A stretch of 64,000 bases of DNA from Tricharina praecox (Eukaryota). Numbering within the stretch: position 1 is the first letter of the stretch; each line of letters starts with the position of its first letter. Made by a program: the position numbers and the translations under genes. The notes beneath the pieces were generated by a model. That model was not told the DNA's origin, did no database searches, and saw only the letters and a program-made list of their open reading frames with translations. The stretch lies in contig NW_026250417.1 of the NCBI RefSeq assembly GCF_024521635.1, positions 558,001 to 622,000 on the forward strand, read 5' to 3'. This document shows positions 39,179-51,723 of this stretch, in pieces.

Positions 39179-39268
39179 CTGTATAGCGAAGGGGGGGGTA
39201 AAAAATACGATTTTTGACCGCACTGATACGGAAAAAAGCGTATTTTTTACCCCCCCTTCACTATACAG
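39179..39268. mobile_element. About 90-bp MITE (TA TSD), same family as 9071-9211
   Basis: TA|CTGTATAGCGAAGGGGGGGGTAAAAAATACG...CGTATTTTTTACCCCCCCTTCACTATACAG|TA. Confidence 0.85.
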
Positions 39269-39911
39269 TAGTTGCCTCCACCCATCTGTCTCTCCACCCC
39301 CCCGTGCCGTAGCTCTACTCTGTGGAAACAATCAAAGGGATGTGACGACACTGAGGAAACCTCGTTCATCAGCAACCTCACCCCGTTCGTGCTGGTACCT
39401 GCCTGCTCCAGCATCATGATTATCACTCGATGGTCTCGCCTGTGATTTGGGGTTCGGGAGTCTCTTACATATGAGCACTACATACTACTACTACTAACTA
39501 GAGTACACCTAGATTGGGATATATTGCCCTACCGAAACAATAGCAGAAAAAATACTTTATATACGCACTCAAGCGAAGGGCGGGGGAAGCTCAAGCGAGG
39601 TTGCTGCACCGAGTCTATTACCGGGACTAATTAGAGTGCAGACAGGAACAGTGGGGAGAGTGCACAATACAATGTATTGTATGACACCGCCATAGTCTGG
39701 ACAGGCAGCACTCGATTACTGAAGAAACAAAAGAAATTGATCAGCCACAATATACGGCAGAGCCAAACGACGCGCGACATGTGGTACATACATTTGATGT
39801 ACTCTCCATCCCACGAAAGAAAGAAATACAGCAAGCAGACAGATAGACATGGAAAAAATTCGGGGAACCCGACCAACAGGAAATGAGACAGCAGCCGACT
39901 ATACTCTAGTA

Positions 39912-41249
39912 CTACAAGACCTTCGCGGTGGAAACCACCGATCCCTCTTCTCTTACCACGGCGAGTGGAGGCGGTGCCGGCAACGGTGGCGGCCCCCCAG
40001 TGGCATACAGTTCCGAGCGCCTGCCGGAGATCGGCAGCACGCCGAACATGTCCATGAGCGAGGTCCTGGGCCTAGTACTTCGGGGCGTACCTGCACTGAG
40101 CGGACAAGCCGCGGCCGTCCTTTCAGCCTGCTGCGCCCTTCCGCGCATCCCGATGGGCACTGTCCCAATGACCAACTCGACCTTCTCATCCTCGCACTTG
40201 TACCTTTCCTGCAGCAGTCTGAACTGTTCTATGGTGCGTAGCCTTCCGCGGTAGTCCCTTGCCCAGGCGACCACAACGAGCGCGAATAGCGCCATGAACA
40301 GGTGTGCGATGGCGTACACCAGCAGCGCCATGCCACGCATCTGTATGCTCTCGATGCACGCCTCGATGCGGTCTTTTGGCGCGCTGCGCCGCGGCGCGTC
40401 CTGCCCCACGTCCCAGCGTCGGGGTCCGGCCCGCACGGTCCGTGCTCGGCAGTTGGAGATCAGCGCCGATCGCCCGCTGTGGAAGAAGTAGAAGAAGAGG
40501 CCCGCCGTAACGAGGATCACGAAGGTCGTGAAGGTCCAGATTATGCTGAAGAGCAGCGCGGCGGTCGGCGAGCGCTGGAGAAGTCAGTGTGCCGTGGGAG
40601 GGCAAGATGAGGGGGGGGATACGTACGCGGAACTTGCCCCACATCAGCGACATGCCGAAGATGCACACGCTGGAGAAGTAGGCGCCCCAGACTATCTGGA
40701 GGATGGCGATTAGGAATGAGAAGCCTTCGCGGTCCGCCTTCTTTGCTATTGAATAGTCAATATCCATACATATAAAATATAACTGTGGAATGGGAAAGTA
40801 TAATACCGATAAACGTCTCCGTTCCCGTGAGGCACAGATGAGCGCCGAGATACAGTCCCGCGACCAGCGTGATCTTAGCCACGCAGTCCAACGAGAGTCC
40901 ACAGACTATCTTCATCAAGACCGAGCGGCGCTCATCCGCGCCGCTGCCACCGGTACGCTGGAACCTCTGCAGCCGCTTTGCCAGGAACTCGGAGCACTGC
41001 GTGGTATCCCGCCGGATACGACTGCAGTCCCGCGGGTCCACGCCAAAGTAGATCGCATTCCCGGAGTCGAGGTGTTGTTGGATCTGCTTGCTCGTGCCGA
41101 TGGACACCGTGGATTCGATCCGGGTGGTGTTGCTATTGTAGTCCGCTGGGCGCAGATACTTGTTGTCGTTGTTATTGTTGTTGTTATTACTCCAGCCGCT
41201 CCCCCCGCTGCCGGCGGCGCTTTCGAGTTCGTCAGTGGAGATAGTCCGA

Positions 41250-41285
<36 letters not shown>

Positions 41286-41332
41286 CCGTCCGCGGCCGTC
41301 ACCCACGGTGTCAAAAATCGAGGTTTCGACAT
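39912..41332 (-). CDS. Four-transmembrane membrane protein of unknown function, about 435 aa; exons 41332-40807, 40745-40627, 40574-39912
   Basis: Two GT-AG introns with branch sites join three ORF segments in frame. There are four hydrophobic helices, two Cys in the TM3-TM4 loop, and poly-Q/poly-N near the N-terminus. Confidence 0.75.
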
Positions 41333-43203
41333 TGGCGGCGATGATATTCATGGAAGACCGTTGTCGTGTCAGTCGTGTCCGTCAAGTGGCATCCGTTGTG
41401 TTTATTTGTTTGTTCAAAAAAAGGAGAGTGTACCTATCGGGCTTCACTGCACCCGATATGTGCCTGCAAGGTGGTTGTGTGTGCTGTGCTGTAGCAAGAA
41501 GCGCGCGATTCGACGACCAGAAGCAGGACAGAAGCACGCGGGCGTGCGGGGAAAGGGTGGTGTTCTAAATAACGGTACAAAGGAGGTAGCCCCGTCCTGA
41601 TCTTGATCTGCCGTCCAGTCCCGTCCAAGGAGAAAATCCAAAGCGTGTGTGGACACTGGACGGCAGACTAACCGAGCCACGGTGAAGCGTGCGTAGCCAC
41701 CTGTGATGTCGCTATGCATGCGAAACGTGAGTTGATACATCGAAGTCGTCCCCCCCTCCCTTTTCACCCCACCCCTCCCCCGCCCGCCCCCTAGTCAGTG
41801 GCAGTCCATCGCCTTACATACCTAGGCGCTATAGATTTTCGCGGGGGACGACGACGGGATCCTAATAGTACACTATATATAATCATATATCCGCGTCATA
41901 GTGGGAGGTGAGGTGAGGTGAGGTGCGGTGAGGTGAGACTCTTGCGGTTTGTTCCTGCAGCCAGGAGAATTCTCCGATTGGTTCGATCACACCTCCCCCT
42001 CCCCGGGGCTAAAAAGCTCACCCCCGGACTAAGAAAACCCCCCCGGTATGTAGTAACCCCCAACCCCATAATCAGTATAAAACAGAAACAGAAGCATCGC
42101 ATTTTTTTTCCCGGTCTGTCCGGCTCAACTAACTAACAAGTATGTACCTAATACTTACCCGCGCGCGCCGCACAAAAGATCGGATCGGATCTCGGGATCT
42201 CGGGATCTTTCTCCCAGAGTCCAGCTCCTTCGTAAAGCTGAAACCCAACGAGTTCGAGTCTTCGAGTCTTCGAGTCTTCGAGTCTTCGAGTCTTTGAGTC
42301 TTCGAGACGACACTGGACCGTGGCAGTGACGTATATGGTAAAGCTAGCTTCCTGGCCATGGGGGGGGAGCTGAGCTGAACTCAGCTATTACTCTACTCTA
42401 GTTAGCCCCGGTCCATCCCCCGGGATCGAGCTCTCACTCGGGAGTCGGGCCTCGCTACTCTAGCTACATGTTCCCGGAAGCTGGGACCGGCATAGTTAAA
42501 TACGCCTCGGCAACGGCGTCCTCGTTACAGTACATACAGACTTGAAGCAATAGACGAAGTTACCTAGACGAAGTATTTGTGCCGGCCTGTCTGTCTGTAT
42601 GCTTGGCAAAAACTTCATTTCGTGAATCGTGAGGGCTACAATGTACCCACAGGATTCGTAAAATCAAAGGGGGACGTCAGAAGTTTTGTCCTTGAGCTAC
42701 TACATGCTCTGGAGCTTCCTATTCAAGCTCACGAACGGAGTTGAGACGTTTTCGCAAGGAAGCATGTTACGCTAGTTAAGGTTAAAGAAGCAAGAATGGC
42801 ACGTGGTAGATCGTCGATCACCGGTATATCACTCGGACCGAAAGTTCACATCAAATACCGTCCATGAAATTCCGGTTAAACTAGTGACTAAAATACTACT
42901 CAGGAGAAACTACGAAGGCAAGAAGAAATGAGAGAGTGTGTGTGAGAGAAAAGAATCGCACAACTTTTACACTACGGAACCGAACCCAAAAAGTGAAAAT
43001 GGCGGTCAAATACATCATTATCAATTCCGGATGGAAAGAGAAAGAGGAAGAAAGGCCCGGCAGTGGCTATCAGAAGTGTCCACACAATTTAACCCACACG
43101 GGAGGCAGAACCCAACGACCGCTTGGGATGAACGTCAGCGAAGTTCTCCAAACCCGTCCATTGGATCTCATACCACGCGGATGGTCTGACAGAGCATCGT
43201 CGC

Positions 43204-45542
43204 CTATGGCATGCCCCATTGGTGAAACATCTGGAGGAGACGTCGACCCGCGTGTTCCTCCAGCTCCGTTCCGTCTCGGGCAATCTTGACATCCCGGCCA
43301 CCGTTCAGGCTGTTGCGTATGCCCCGCGTGCGATGGAACGGCAATCGAGATGTGCAGAGCCACTCCACTCTGAACGGTCTGCCCCATACTTTCGACACCA
43401 CCTTCCCAATCTCGGAGCCGTCCTCGTCCGACTCCTCGTCGCCGTCACTCAGCGCCTCCCAGAAGATACAATCCCGTGCAGAGTCGTCGATGATGCGGCC
43501 TTTTCGTGCGGTTTCCGTGGCGGCGGTGTAGATGGCCTTTGGGAGCTCGGCATCGGACTCCACTTGTTCGCTGTGGGATTTCTGTACCGGGGTTTGGCTC
43601 GGTAGCTCGGTGGTAGAGATTTTGTTCGACAGATCGTTTGTGATCTTGGACGTCATACGGGCGTATCCATAGTATTCCCCCGACTTGTTTGCAGAGAAAA
43701 TTAGAAACACACTTTCGGCGGCCTGGAGTAAACAAAACTTCATATCAGCAGATGGTCGTTGATACCAAGGTGGGTGATTCAACTCACCTCGAATGCCTGG
43801 TTTAGCGCAGCTTCGTTGTGGCTCTGGGTTGCCCAGACTCCATTCTTCTGGCTCAACTCCAAATCCTCTACAGTCAGACTCTTAAGGATAAAGTATCTGA
43901 ACTTAGCGTTGGTCCGGGGGACCCTCGCTCCCGACGGTCCGGTGGGTGGTGCCCGGCCAACTTCCAGTGCCGATGCGGTTTGATCCTGGGTCTCAGCCGC
44001 TGCGTCGATCGCAGCGCAGCCTTCATCACCACTTGCCTGGCCCGAAGCATCGGGCGGTGAAGGCGTCAATGAATCCGCCGCATTGGCAGCTGGCGCAGCG
44101 GGACCCCGAGGCCGGAGCCTGCACACGAGACGGGTTCCCTTGAACTTAGCATTGTTGAACCGCAACATGGCCTGGTCACGGGCCGCTTCGGTGCGATAGT
44201 TGACAAATCCACAATTGCTCTTGGGAATGAGCCGGACACTTTCGAGTTCGTGTCCGAAGCAGAGAGAGAAGTGATCCTTCAAGGCCGCTACGTCGGCCGA
44301 CAACGGCAGATTACCCACCCATAGCGCGTAGCCAGTTTGTTTCGGCTTCCTCGGAGGACCTCGTGGAACTGACGGCGAGGATGGGTGGGTAGGCGTTGCG
44401 CTGCCAATGTTCGGAGTGCTTTTAGAGCTGCCTTTAAACCCACCTTTGGAATTAGAATGTGTCTGGGAGAAAGCTGTGCACACATTTCAGAGAAGCAACT
44501 CACTGGCAGCAGCGCCCCGGACTGCCGGAGATAGATGGTATCCGCCTGGATGTCCGGCGCCGTCGGGTTCGGGTCCTCTTTTTCGGCGAGGTACACTATG
44601 TCTTCGGGGTTGCTCGGGTGCGACGGGGTATGGTTGTAAATGACCCACTGGGCCCTGGGGCATCTGTAAAGGCTGTTGAACGTAGTTCATGGGTGGGGCG
44701 TAGTAGTATTGTGTCGGTGGTTGTTGCTGCTGGTGCTGCTGATTCTGCTGCTGAGGTGGTGGATACCATGTTTGTCCGACATGATTTGGTACATTGCCCG
44801 GACCCGGGGCAACTGGATAGGAAGGCGGCGGATAATTCGCCGAGAACGGCACCTGGAAAAGCACCTCGCCTTGAGGGTCTGGGTGGAATGTGGTGTATGA
44901 CTGCTGGCCATAAGTGTAATAGGTTGGTGACTGCTGGTAGCTATGGTTGTACATGTCCGCCGGTGGTCCTCCACCGAGGCCACCCTGATATTGCTGTATT
45001 TGTTGTGATATTTGGTACGCAACAGCAGCTGGAGAGGGACCGGTTTGGAACCTTGGTTTGCTGTACGCGGGAGCATGCGTTGACGGATGAGGACCCTGTT
45101 GCATGTGATGGGGGTGTCGCGAGGGCTGTAGCGGAAGTTGGCCTGCCACGGGCAAGGCTTGCGGGGAATAGCCAGGGCCTGGTACCGGCAAATTTCGTTG
45201 CATAGCATCCATGTTGAAGGGTGATGGCGTCGACGATGTGGAGGGTGCATTTCCAACACTGTGTGGTCTCTGGATGGGCTGATGATGGTGTGCGGGAACG
45301 AACGGCTGTGGCGGTGGCTGATGTGCGGGGAATTGAAATTCCTGCGGAACGAAGGGAGCGGACATATCGTCGGTTAGCTGCGGAGGAGGTGAAGGATAGG
45401 GCCGGATCGACGCTGGAGGATGATGGTCAGATTTTATTGCCGATTCAGGGGGGAAGTGGCTACAGAAAATCCCACCAGCATTCGAGGGCGGTAGCGAGGA
45501 GGTAACGATAACATTTTGAAGGGGCTCAACGATGGTGTCCAT
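43204..45542 (-). CDS. RRM + YTH domain RNA-binding protein with P/Q/Y-rich N-terminus, about 737 aa; exons 45542-44504, 44443-43788, 43722-43204
   Basis: RRM motifs ALWVGNLP and SNCGFVNY. YTH motifs RYFILKS, GVWATQSHNE, VFLIFSANKSGEYYGYARM, WGRPFRVEW and VKIARDGTEL. A probable upstream (5'UTR) intron spans 45551-45719. Confidence 0.92.
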
Positions 45543-46707
45543 GACGAAATCTTAGACAACGCTGAACTCAGTCAACTTTTCATCTATGCGATGCAGCCGG
45601 CCACCACACGGAATATAAGGGAAGAGCATGTTCACAACATGTCGGGGGAGTCGGTGATGCGAATAGGGCGGAGAGAAGGTACTCAAGGGGGCTACCGATG
45701 GATCATGGAATGTACTCACAGAAGAAACCAAGTGCCGCTCTCAAAAACTTCCAATGAGCAAAGATACGCACTAGTGGAGGGATGCTTCTGGCTCCTGTCC
45801 AAGCCGCCGGACCAAGCAAGCGGAACGGTTAGAGATGCAGGTGTTATGTCTCAGGCCAAGAGACTCCTTTGAGTCGAGTACGGCCCAGAATCCCTGGGTT
45901 CGGAAGGTTGGAGGAGGCGAATCACCAGCCGGCAAGTGTATGCAGTAGTAGGCTCGAAAACAAGGAGTTCCCACTGGTTGACGGCGAGCAGTTCGTAGTA
46001 GGTAAGTAAGTATGCAGCCCTCTATGTTTAGCTCGGTGTGGGCGAGGGCAGCAGCACCGTAGCACACGGAAGATCTCGAAAGGAAAAGCAAATTGTAGGG
46101 ACCGCAACGCTCCACACTAGAAGGGCCGAAGCTCTGGCCTATCAGGAAGTGCAACAACAGCCCACGTCACTGGGGGGTGTGTGGGGTCCCGGGTGTGAGG
46201 TGGTAACAGGCGCCAGACGTCCAGGTCAAAGATTTGACAGCCCACGGAGTTTCCGCGTACCTGCTTAACTGGGAGTAAGGTTATATGGGATCGCAGTGCG
46301 GGGATGAGGAGTCTTGCTGGGGGTGGCCCAAGAGATTGAGCTGAAGAGTGGAAGTGATTATAAGTTAACATGTGAGGTAGAGGAGGATTGATGGGGGTGG
46401 TTGGTTACAGCGCACAGAACGATCGTGTGCGTCTCGGGGAAGCTGTGCGTACCGGTTGAGCGGCTGAGAGAGGCGTGTCCCTGGCCACGGGCAAACGAGT
46501 GCAGGCGGGATCTTTGAACGCAAGCAGGTGCTCCGCTGCGTAACCGTCAGAGGGAATAAGAAAGGAAGGGGTGATTTTCCGGCGACTGTGGCGAGGGACG
46601 CGAAAGCCGTAGCACCGTTTAGGCGGGACAGGAGATAATGGCGGTCTTGCGTATTTTCTGCTTTTAGATTTCGAGTTGCCAGGGCCCAGCAGAGCAGAGC
46701 AGTGCGT

Positions 46708-46834
46708 AGTGAGCAGTGAGCAGTGAGCAGTGAGCAGTGAGCAGTGAGCAGTGAGCAGCGGGCAGTGGGCAGTGAGCAGTGAGCAGTGGGCAGTGGGCAG
46801 TGGGCAGTGGGCAGTGGGCAGTGGGCAGTGGGCA
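46708..46834. repeat. 7-mer tandem array (GAGCAGT)n/(GGGCAGT)n
   Basis: About 18 units read directly. Confidence 0.95.
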
Positions 46835-49800
46835 CCAGTAGCACCAAGCAGCAGGCCCGTATGCGGAGCCCATACCGTATTCTACACAAGTAAGTAAGTA
46901 AGTGCCATATTGCTGTTGTCGTTACTGAACCGATGCGTTCTCCAGCCAGTCTAGCCTGCCTCTAGCCTAGCGGAGTGGCGGGTGCCACAACTCGATCACC
47001 ATTAGGCATCGCGGAAAAATTCGACATGCGTATGATACTTACCCACTTGGTACTCTACAAGCTTTGTGCTAACCCTTGCCCGCTGTGATTTCCACCCTTT
47101 GGTGCCGGGGTCACCACTGCAGTCGCAATTTTGGGGAATGCTTGGGTCTTGAGGCTTGAGGCTTGACAAGGCCCGGTATGGAAATAAACGTGAGAAGCAG
47201 ACCACACAAGGCCGCAGAGTACCTGGGTAAGTAGGTACTCCTGGTCTGTCCATCTTGACCGATCTCCGACAAACAGACAAAACGGATCCGAGCTCCCGGG
47301 CCGGCGATTCGACTTCCAGTGCGGTGAACAGGATCGAGTGAAATCAACACTTTCGCAAGCCTGCGAAAGGGACCTACAACGCCCCAATCCCGCGGAGACA
47401 CTTCCCACCCACCGGCCCCGACTTGACGACTTTGTAGGTAGTACTCTAGAGTACCATATGTACATGCTGGGAGCGTCTCAATTCTCGAGTCCAACACGAC
47501 CGAAAAGTCAGCAGGAATGGCGGGGCCAAGATGGGTATGTACTCCATTGCCAGTCCCCGAACCATGGATAGCACTTGCGAATGCTTGCTGCGAGTTCTAG
47601 AACATAGTTATCGGTCGGAGGCGCACAACAGCACGCCGGATATAAGGCCGCCATTCCGCAGCACACCACGGTCGCAAACGCGTCAAAAGTCGAAGGTGTC
47701 GAAACCTCACCATGGCAAAAATTTCAGCTTCCGATCGCACGGCTCGAAGGTGGAGTAGGTATGTAGAGTACAGTCGAGCTGGCCAATTCGTGGCGGTCGA
47801 AGCCAATTGGCTGCCCGGTACCTGCCGCATCCATACCTACGGTTGCGATGGCGCACGCAAGCCACCTGGTCATCTCACCCGGATGAGATGGGGATCTTTG
47901 TGGCGGGCTAGCGGCCGCATCAAGGCACCTCCGGTATGTACCGGTAGAGTAGGCACGGTAGGTAGGTCACCGCGGCAATCCGAATTCTGTTCGTTTCAGC
48001 TTGCTGAGAGCTGTTTGTTTTTCCTGAGAAGAAAACAATCATCCGTAACCAGATTCCCAGTTTTCGATACTTAATCCGTTTCCGCGAGGAGATTCGATTT
48101 GCTCGGGAGCAACACCCGACGATCAGCAAGGGTCTCTGCAATGCACATCACCTGCATGGTTGCTGGACAGTGATCACCGCCACCAGCAAGTGAGGTGGCG
48201 TCCTCATCCAGAAGCGGCCCAGCAATTTCCAAAAGAATGTCCGACTCTCAACGCGCCGTGGACCTACCTACTGTAGCCTGTAGGGGGATTCGGACGGAAT
48301 AACGATTCTCCAGGTCGTGGGTTTGAGGTTCCGTACCGGGGGCGCCCCGGTTACATGCTGGCCGGGTGCGGCTACTGCGCGGCTAATCGGGACGAATGGC
48401 AGACCGCAGCACACGAGAGGATCGAGCGGTTATGCATGGTTGTACGAATCACATTTTGCCACCCGGTGTGGCAAAGAGCTAGTACTTAGCTACCCTCGAC
48501 GACGCAGCGCGGCGCAGCACTGCCGATCGGTTGGGATCGCTCAAAAGTCCATGACGGCTTAACATTTTGACCAAGGGCTCGCATCTGAACGTACATGCTA
48601 CCGGCGTGCGCGGCCACTGCGCTGAAGCGCTAGCATAGGTAGGTAGGTAGTTGTCTGGTCTTCCGATTCTCGGATTCTGAGCTCCGTGGTGATGGTGGTG
48701 GTGGTGTTGTTCGACGACGCACCGTGAATAGAGTACCGAGACGGCGCGCAGATGTCGCGATGATCCAGGGCTCAAAGACGTCTGCTGCAGACGCCAGACC
48801 GTTAGGTACCGTGAAGTATGCACCAAATGTAGGTTGGGGAAGCTCGAACGTGAGACGAAAGTGAGGAATCTGAGGAATGAGGCAGGCCATGCACAGCCAC
48901 GCGGCAGACCCGCACAATCCCGGTCGGATCGATAACCCAATCGGCCCCCAAGACCCCGACCAGTCTTCACTTTCTTTTGGGTGCGCAGCAACGGAAGCGA
49001 GACAACTAGATCTTTTCCCCGGAGCGCCAAGTCTGCTGTAAGTAGCAGAATTGTTAGAAAGGGCGCAGAGTCGCAGAGTCGCAGGTCCCCACTGCAATGA
49101 AGTGGGGGCAGGTGATGACCATTGTGGCGAATAGCTCCCCTTGGGGCTGCAATGATCGCACCGATTGGCACGTCATTCCATGACAGCGCGGGCCGCTCAG
49201 TGATGGGGCTCGATGGATCCTGCAGGCAATGCCACGAGGTGGCTGTGTCGAGCGGATTTAATATCGGCGGGAAACTGGCATATGCATAACCCGAGTCTCG
49301 ACTCTCGACTACCTACCTGGGTAGGTACCGATAACTATCCCCCTCAGCCGGAGACGGCACTGAAAGTTAACGACGGTATGCAAGTGGCTTTCAAACACGC
49401 GAGCGTAGGGAGGACGGTGGCGCTCCACGTACATACCTGTTTCCTTCGCTTCAATTCTCCAGCTTCTCACCAGCATTGCAGCACTGTTGCTAATCAGTGC
49501 CGTTTCGTCCGATCTTTTGTCGCCCTGCTCCGATGGCGATCGTGTGCCCTAGGTAGACTATAGTACCTAGCATGTACCGGCATGCCGCCTCTGTCGAGGT
49601 GAAAACAGAAAGCCTCAAACATCCAATGGCAACCATGTGGTCCATAGCAGTACCGAAAATGCCGGAGGGAAGGGCGGGCGGGTTGAGCGGCGCATCTCCT
49701 CATGGTTAGGTCGAAGGCTTCAGCATCGAGGCTATACAGAGCCAGAGCACCCACCTGGAGCAGAGTAGAGTAGAGCACATCGAGAGAACCGGTTCGGTGC

Positions 49801-51666
49801 AAGTGCCTTCCGTTATGCGAGCTTGGGAAAGACATCGACGGCCGCGGGGCCTGTGGATGCATAGCATGAGTTGAGTTCCGGTCATGCCGCAGAGAATGAA
49901 GCTCCGGTCGTCCAGTAGTAACTGGAGTATCGACTTCTAGGCCTTCGACCTACATGGGATGGGGTACATACCTAATCTTCCGGCTTTTCAGCGGTTCTGC
50001 CGAACCCGACAGTGGCCTGCATCCGAGCGCACTAGTTGGCAGGTGGACCGTAGCGTTGCGCGCGATTGTGCACGCAGCTGCGAGTAGTGTAACAAGCGCC
50101 CAGGTGAAACAGCCAGTCAGATCGATCCAAGCGAACATCAGAGGTAGGTAAGCAACATGTAAGTTATGTGCATCGCTTCCGGAGTGGGCGCAGATAGAGT
50201 ATTGATGTAGGTAAGTCAGTAGATATATCGGTATAACATCGTTTTCCCCCACCTCGGTGGCTCGCTCACCAACACGGCTCTCTGGTCGGTCCCAAACAAG
50301 CATTTCGCCTACGTCCCTCCCCTCACCCCCGCCTCACATGGCCACTCGCTCGCTCCCAACGCTTAAGCGTGCGCGCCAATCCATAAGACCATCGTACTAT
50401 CAATATGTCCATCGTACTATACCTACTTCCACAGACCTGGAGACCGGAAGCGCCTTCCTTCCACGGCAGTACGATCGGTGTGATTATAGAGTAAGCAACC
50501 AGGCCACTTCATCCTCACGAATAGATCAAGCGTATACGTCAACTACAGAATCACAAAGCCGCTCGTCACCTTCGGATATCCCCTACCAGTCCAGTCCGGA
50601 GGTTTGCGGCCATACGCATTCACTTCAAGTTGCAGACGTGCTTGTGGTACAGCATGAGGAAGGGTCCCTTCGAAAGTCACTCATACTATCGACTCCCGCT
50701 GGCCAATGCCGCCATAAATGCCGAATCTTATGCCGGACTGCTTCCAACTGAAGGGGGTCACAGTGTCGTTTGCTTCCACTACGTACTCCCCCTCCCCACT
50801 AGACATAACCGCTTGCTTCGCTGACTGGTGTGGTTTGCCATTACAACCGCTTCGGAAGCCTCCAGGTTCTAATCTTTGACAACCTTGACCAGTACAGCTG
50901 GGCGTGTGCAGCTTGACGCTGGAAATCTTCCGATTCCGGTATCGGGTTGTGTAATGATATGACCACACGACTGTATGTGCTCGCAATCGCGGAGAGAGAA
51001 GGGATCCACATTTAAGGTTTCTTCGTCTACCTACTTCCCTCCCGGGGCTGAGATGACCGGCAAAGCCGTGAGGGAAGCTGACCGACTGACTGGATGGGTC
51101 TGTCCAGAAATCCGGAGCAAGCCTTCAAGTGCCCTGGTGATCCCACCAGTAGCCAGTGGCCAGCAGCAGCGGCAGCACACAGACCCCCCCCCCCCTGCTA
51201 CGTATCGAATGATAGTCACATCCATGATTCCTACTGGATGAGCTCCAGTAACCAGCAGGTTCGAGATACAGGTGGCTGCGGAGATGTAACATCCCTAAAC
51301 AAGGCAGTTTACTTCGGGAGAATAAGGCCTGCACCTCGTATTGGCTCGCCGTCGATGCTAGCAGGATCGGTGCGGGGTGTATACGGCCTGCTTTCCCGAT
51401 GGCCCAGTCATCACTGGTCAGCAGTCTTGTCGTATGCACTACCCTTGGAAGAAAAAGATGACCGTCTCGCCTAATCGATCGAGATGGCTCGTGTCCACCG
51501 TAATGGACCGCATGATTCCTCCTGCGGAGATTTCTTCCATGGCTCGCTCTGCCGTTCCGCGCACCTACATAGTATTTCCCGCGAAAAAACTGACCGCAGC
51601 TTTCTACAGATAGCCTGTCTTATTGAGCCAGCAAAGCCGAGGGAGACCACAAGGAGGTATCCAGCG

Positions 51667-51723
51667 CTTCTTCTTCTTCTTCTTCTTCTTCTTCTTCTTC
51701 TTCTTCTTCTTCTTCTTCTTCTT
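51667..51723. repeat. (CTT)19 microsatellite
   Basis: Read directly. Confidence 0.95.

Noticed and set aside
40790..41344. 184-aa plus-strand ORF
   Set aside because: It is an antisense shadow of exon 1 of the 4-TM gene.
44444..44503. In-frame TGA between two same-frame ORFs of the YTH gene (readthrough or A-to-I stop correction?)
   Set aside because: A 60-nt intron GTGAGT..CTAAT..AAG removes the stop in frame.
46185..46255. Faint A-box/B-box-like tRNA or SINE signal
   Set aside because: No cloverleaf and no canonical GTTCGA T-loop.
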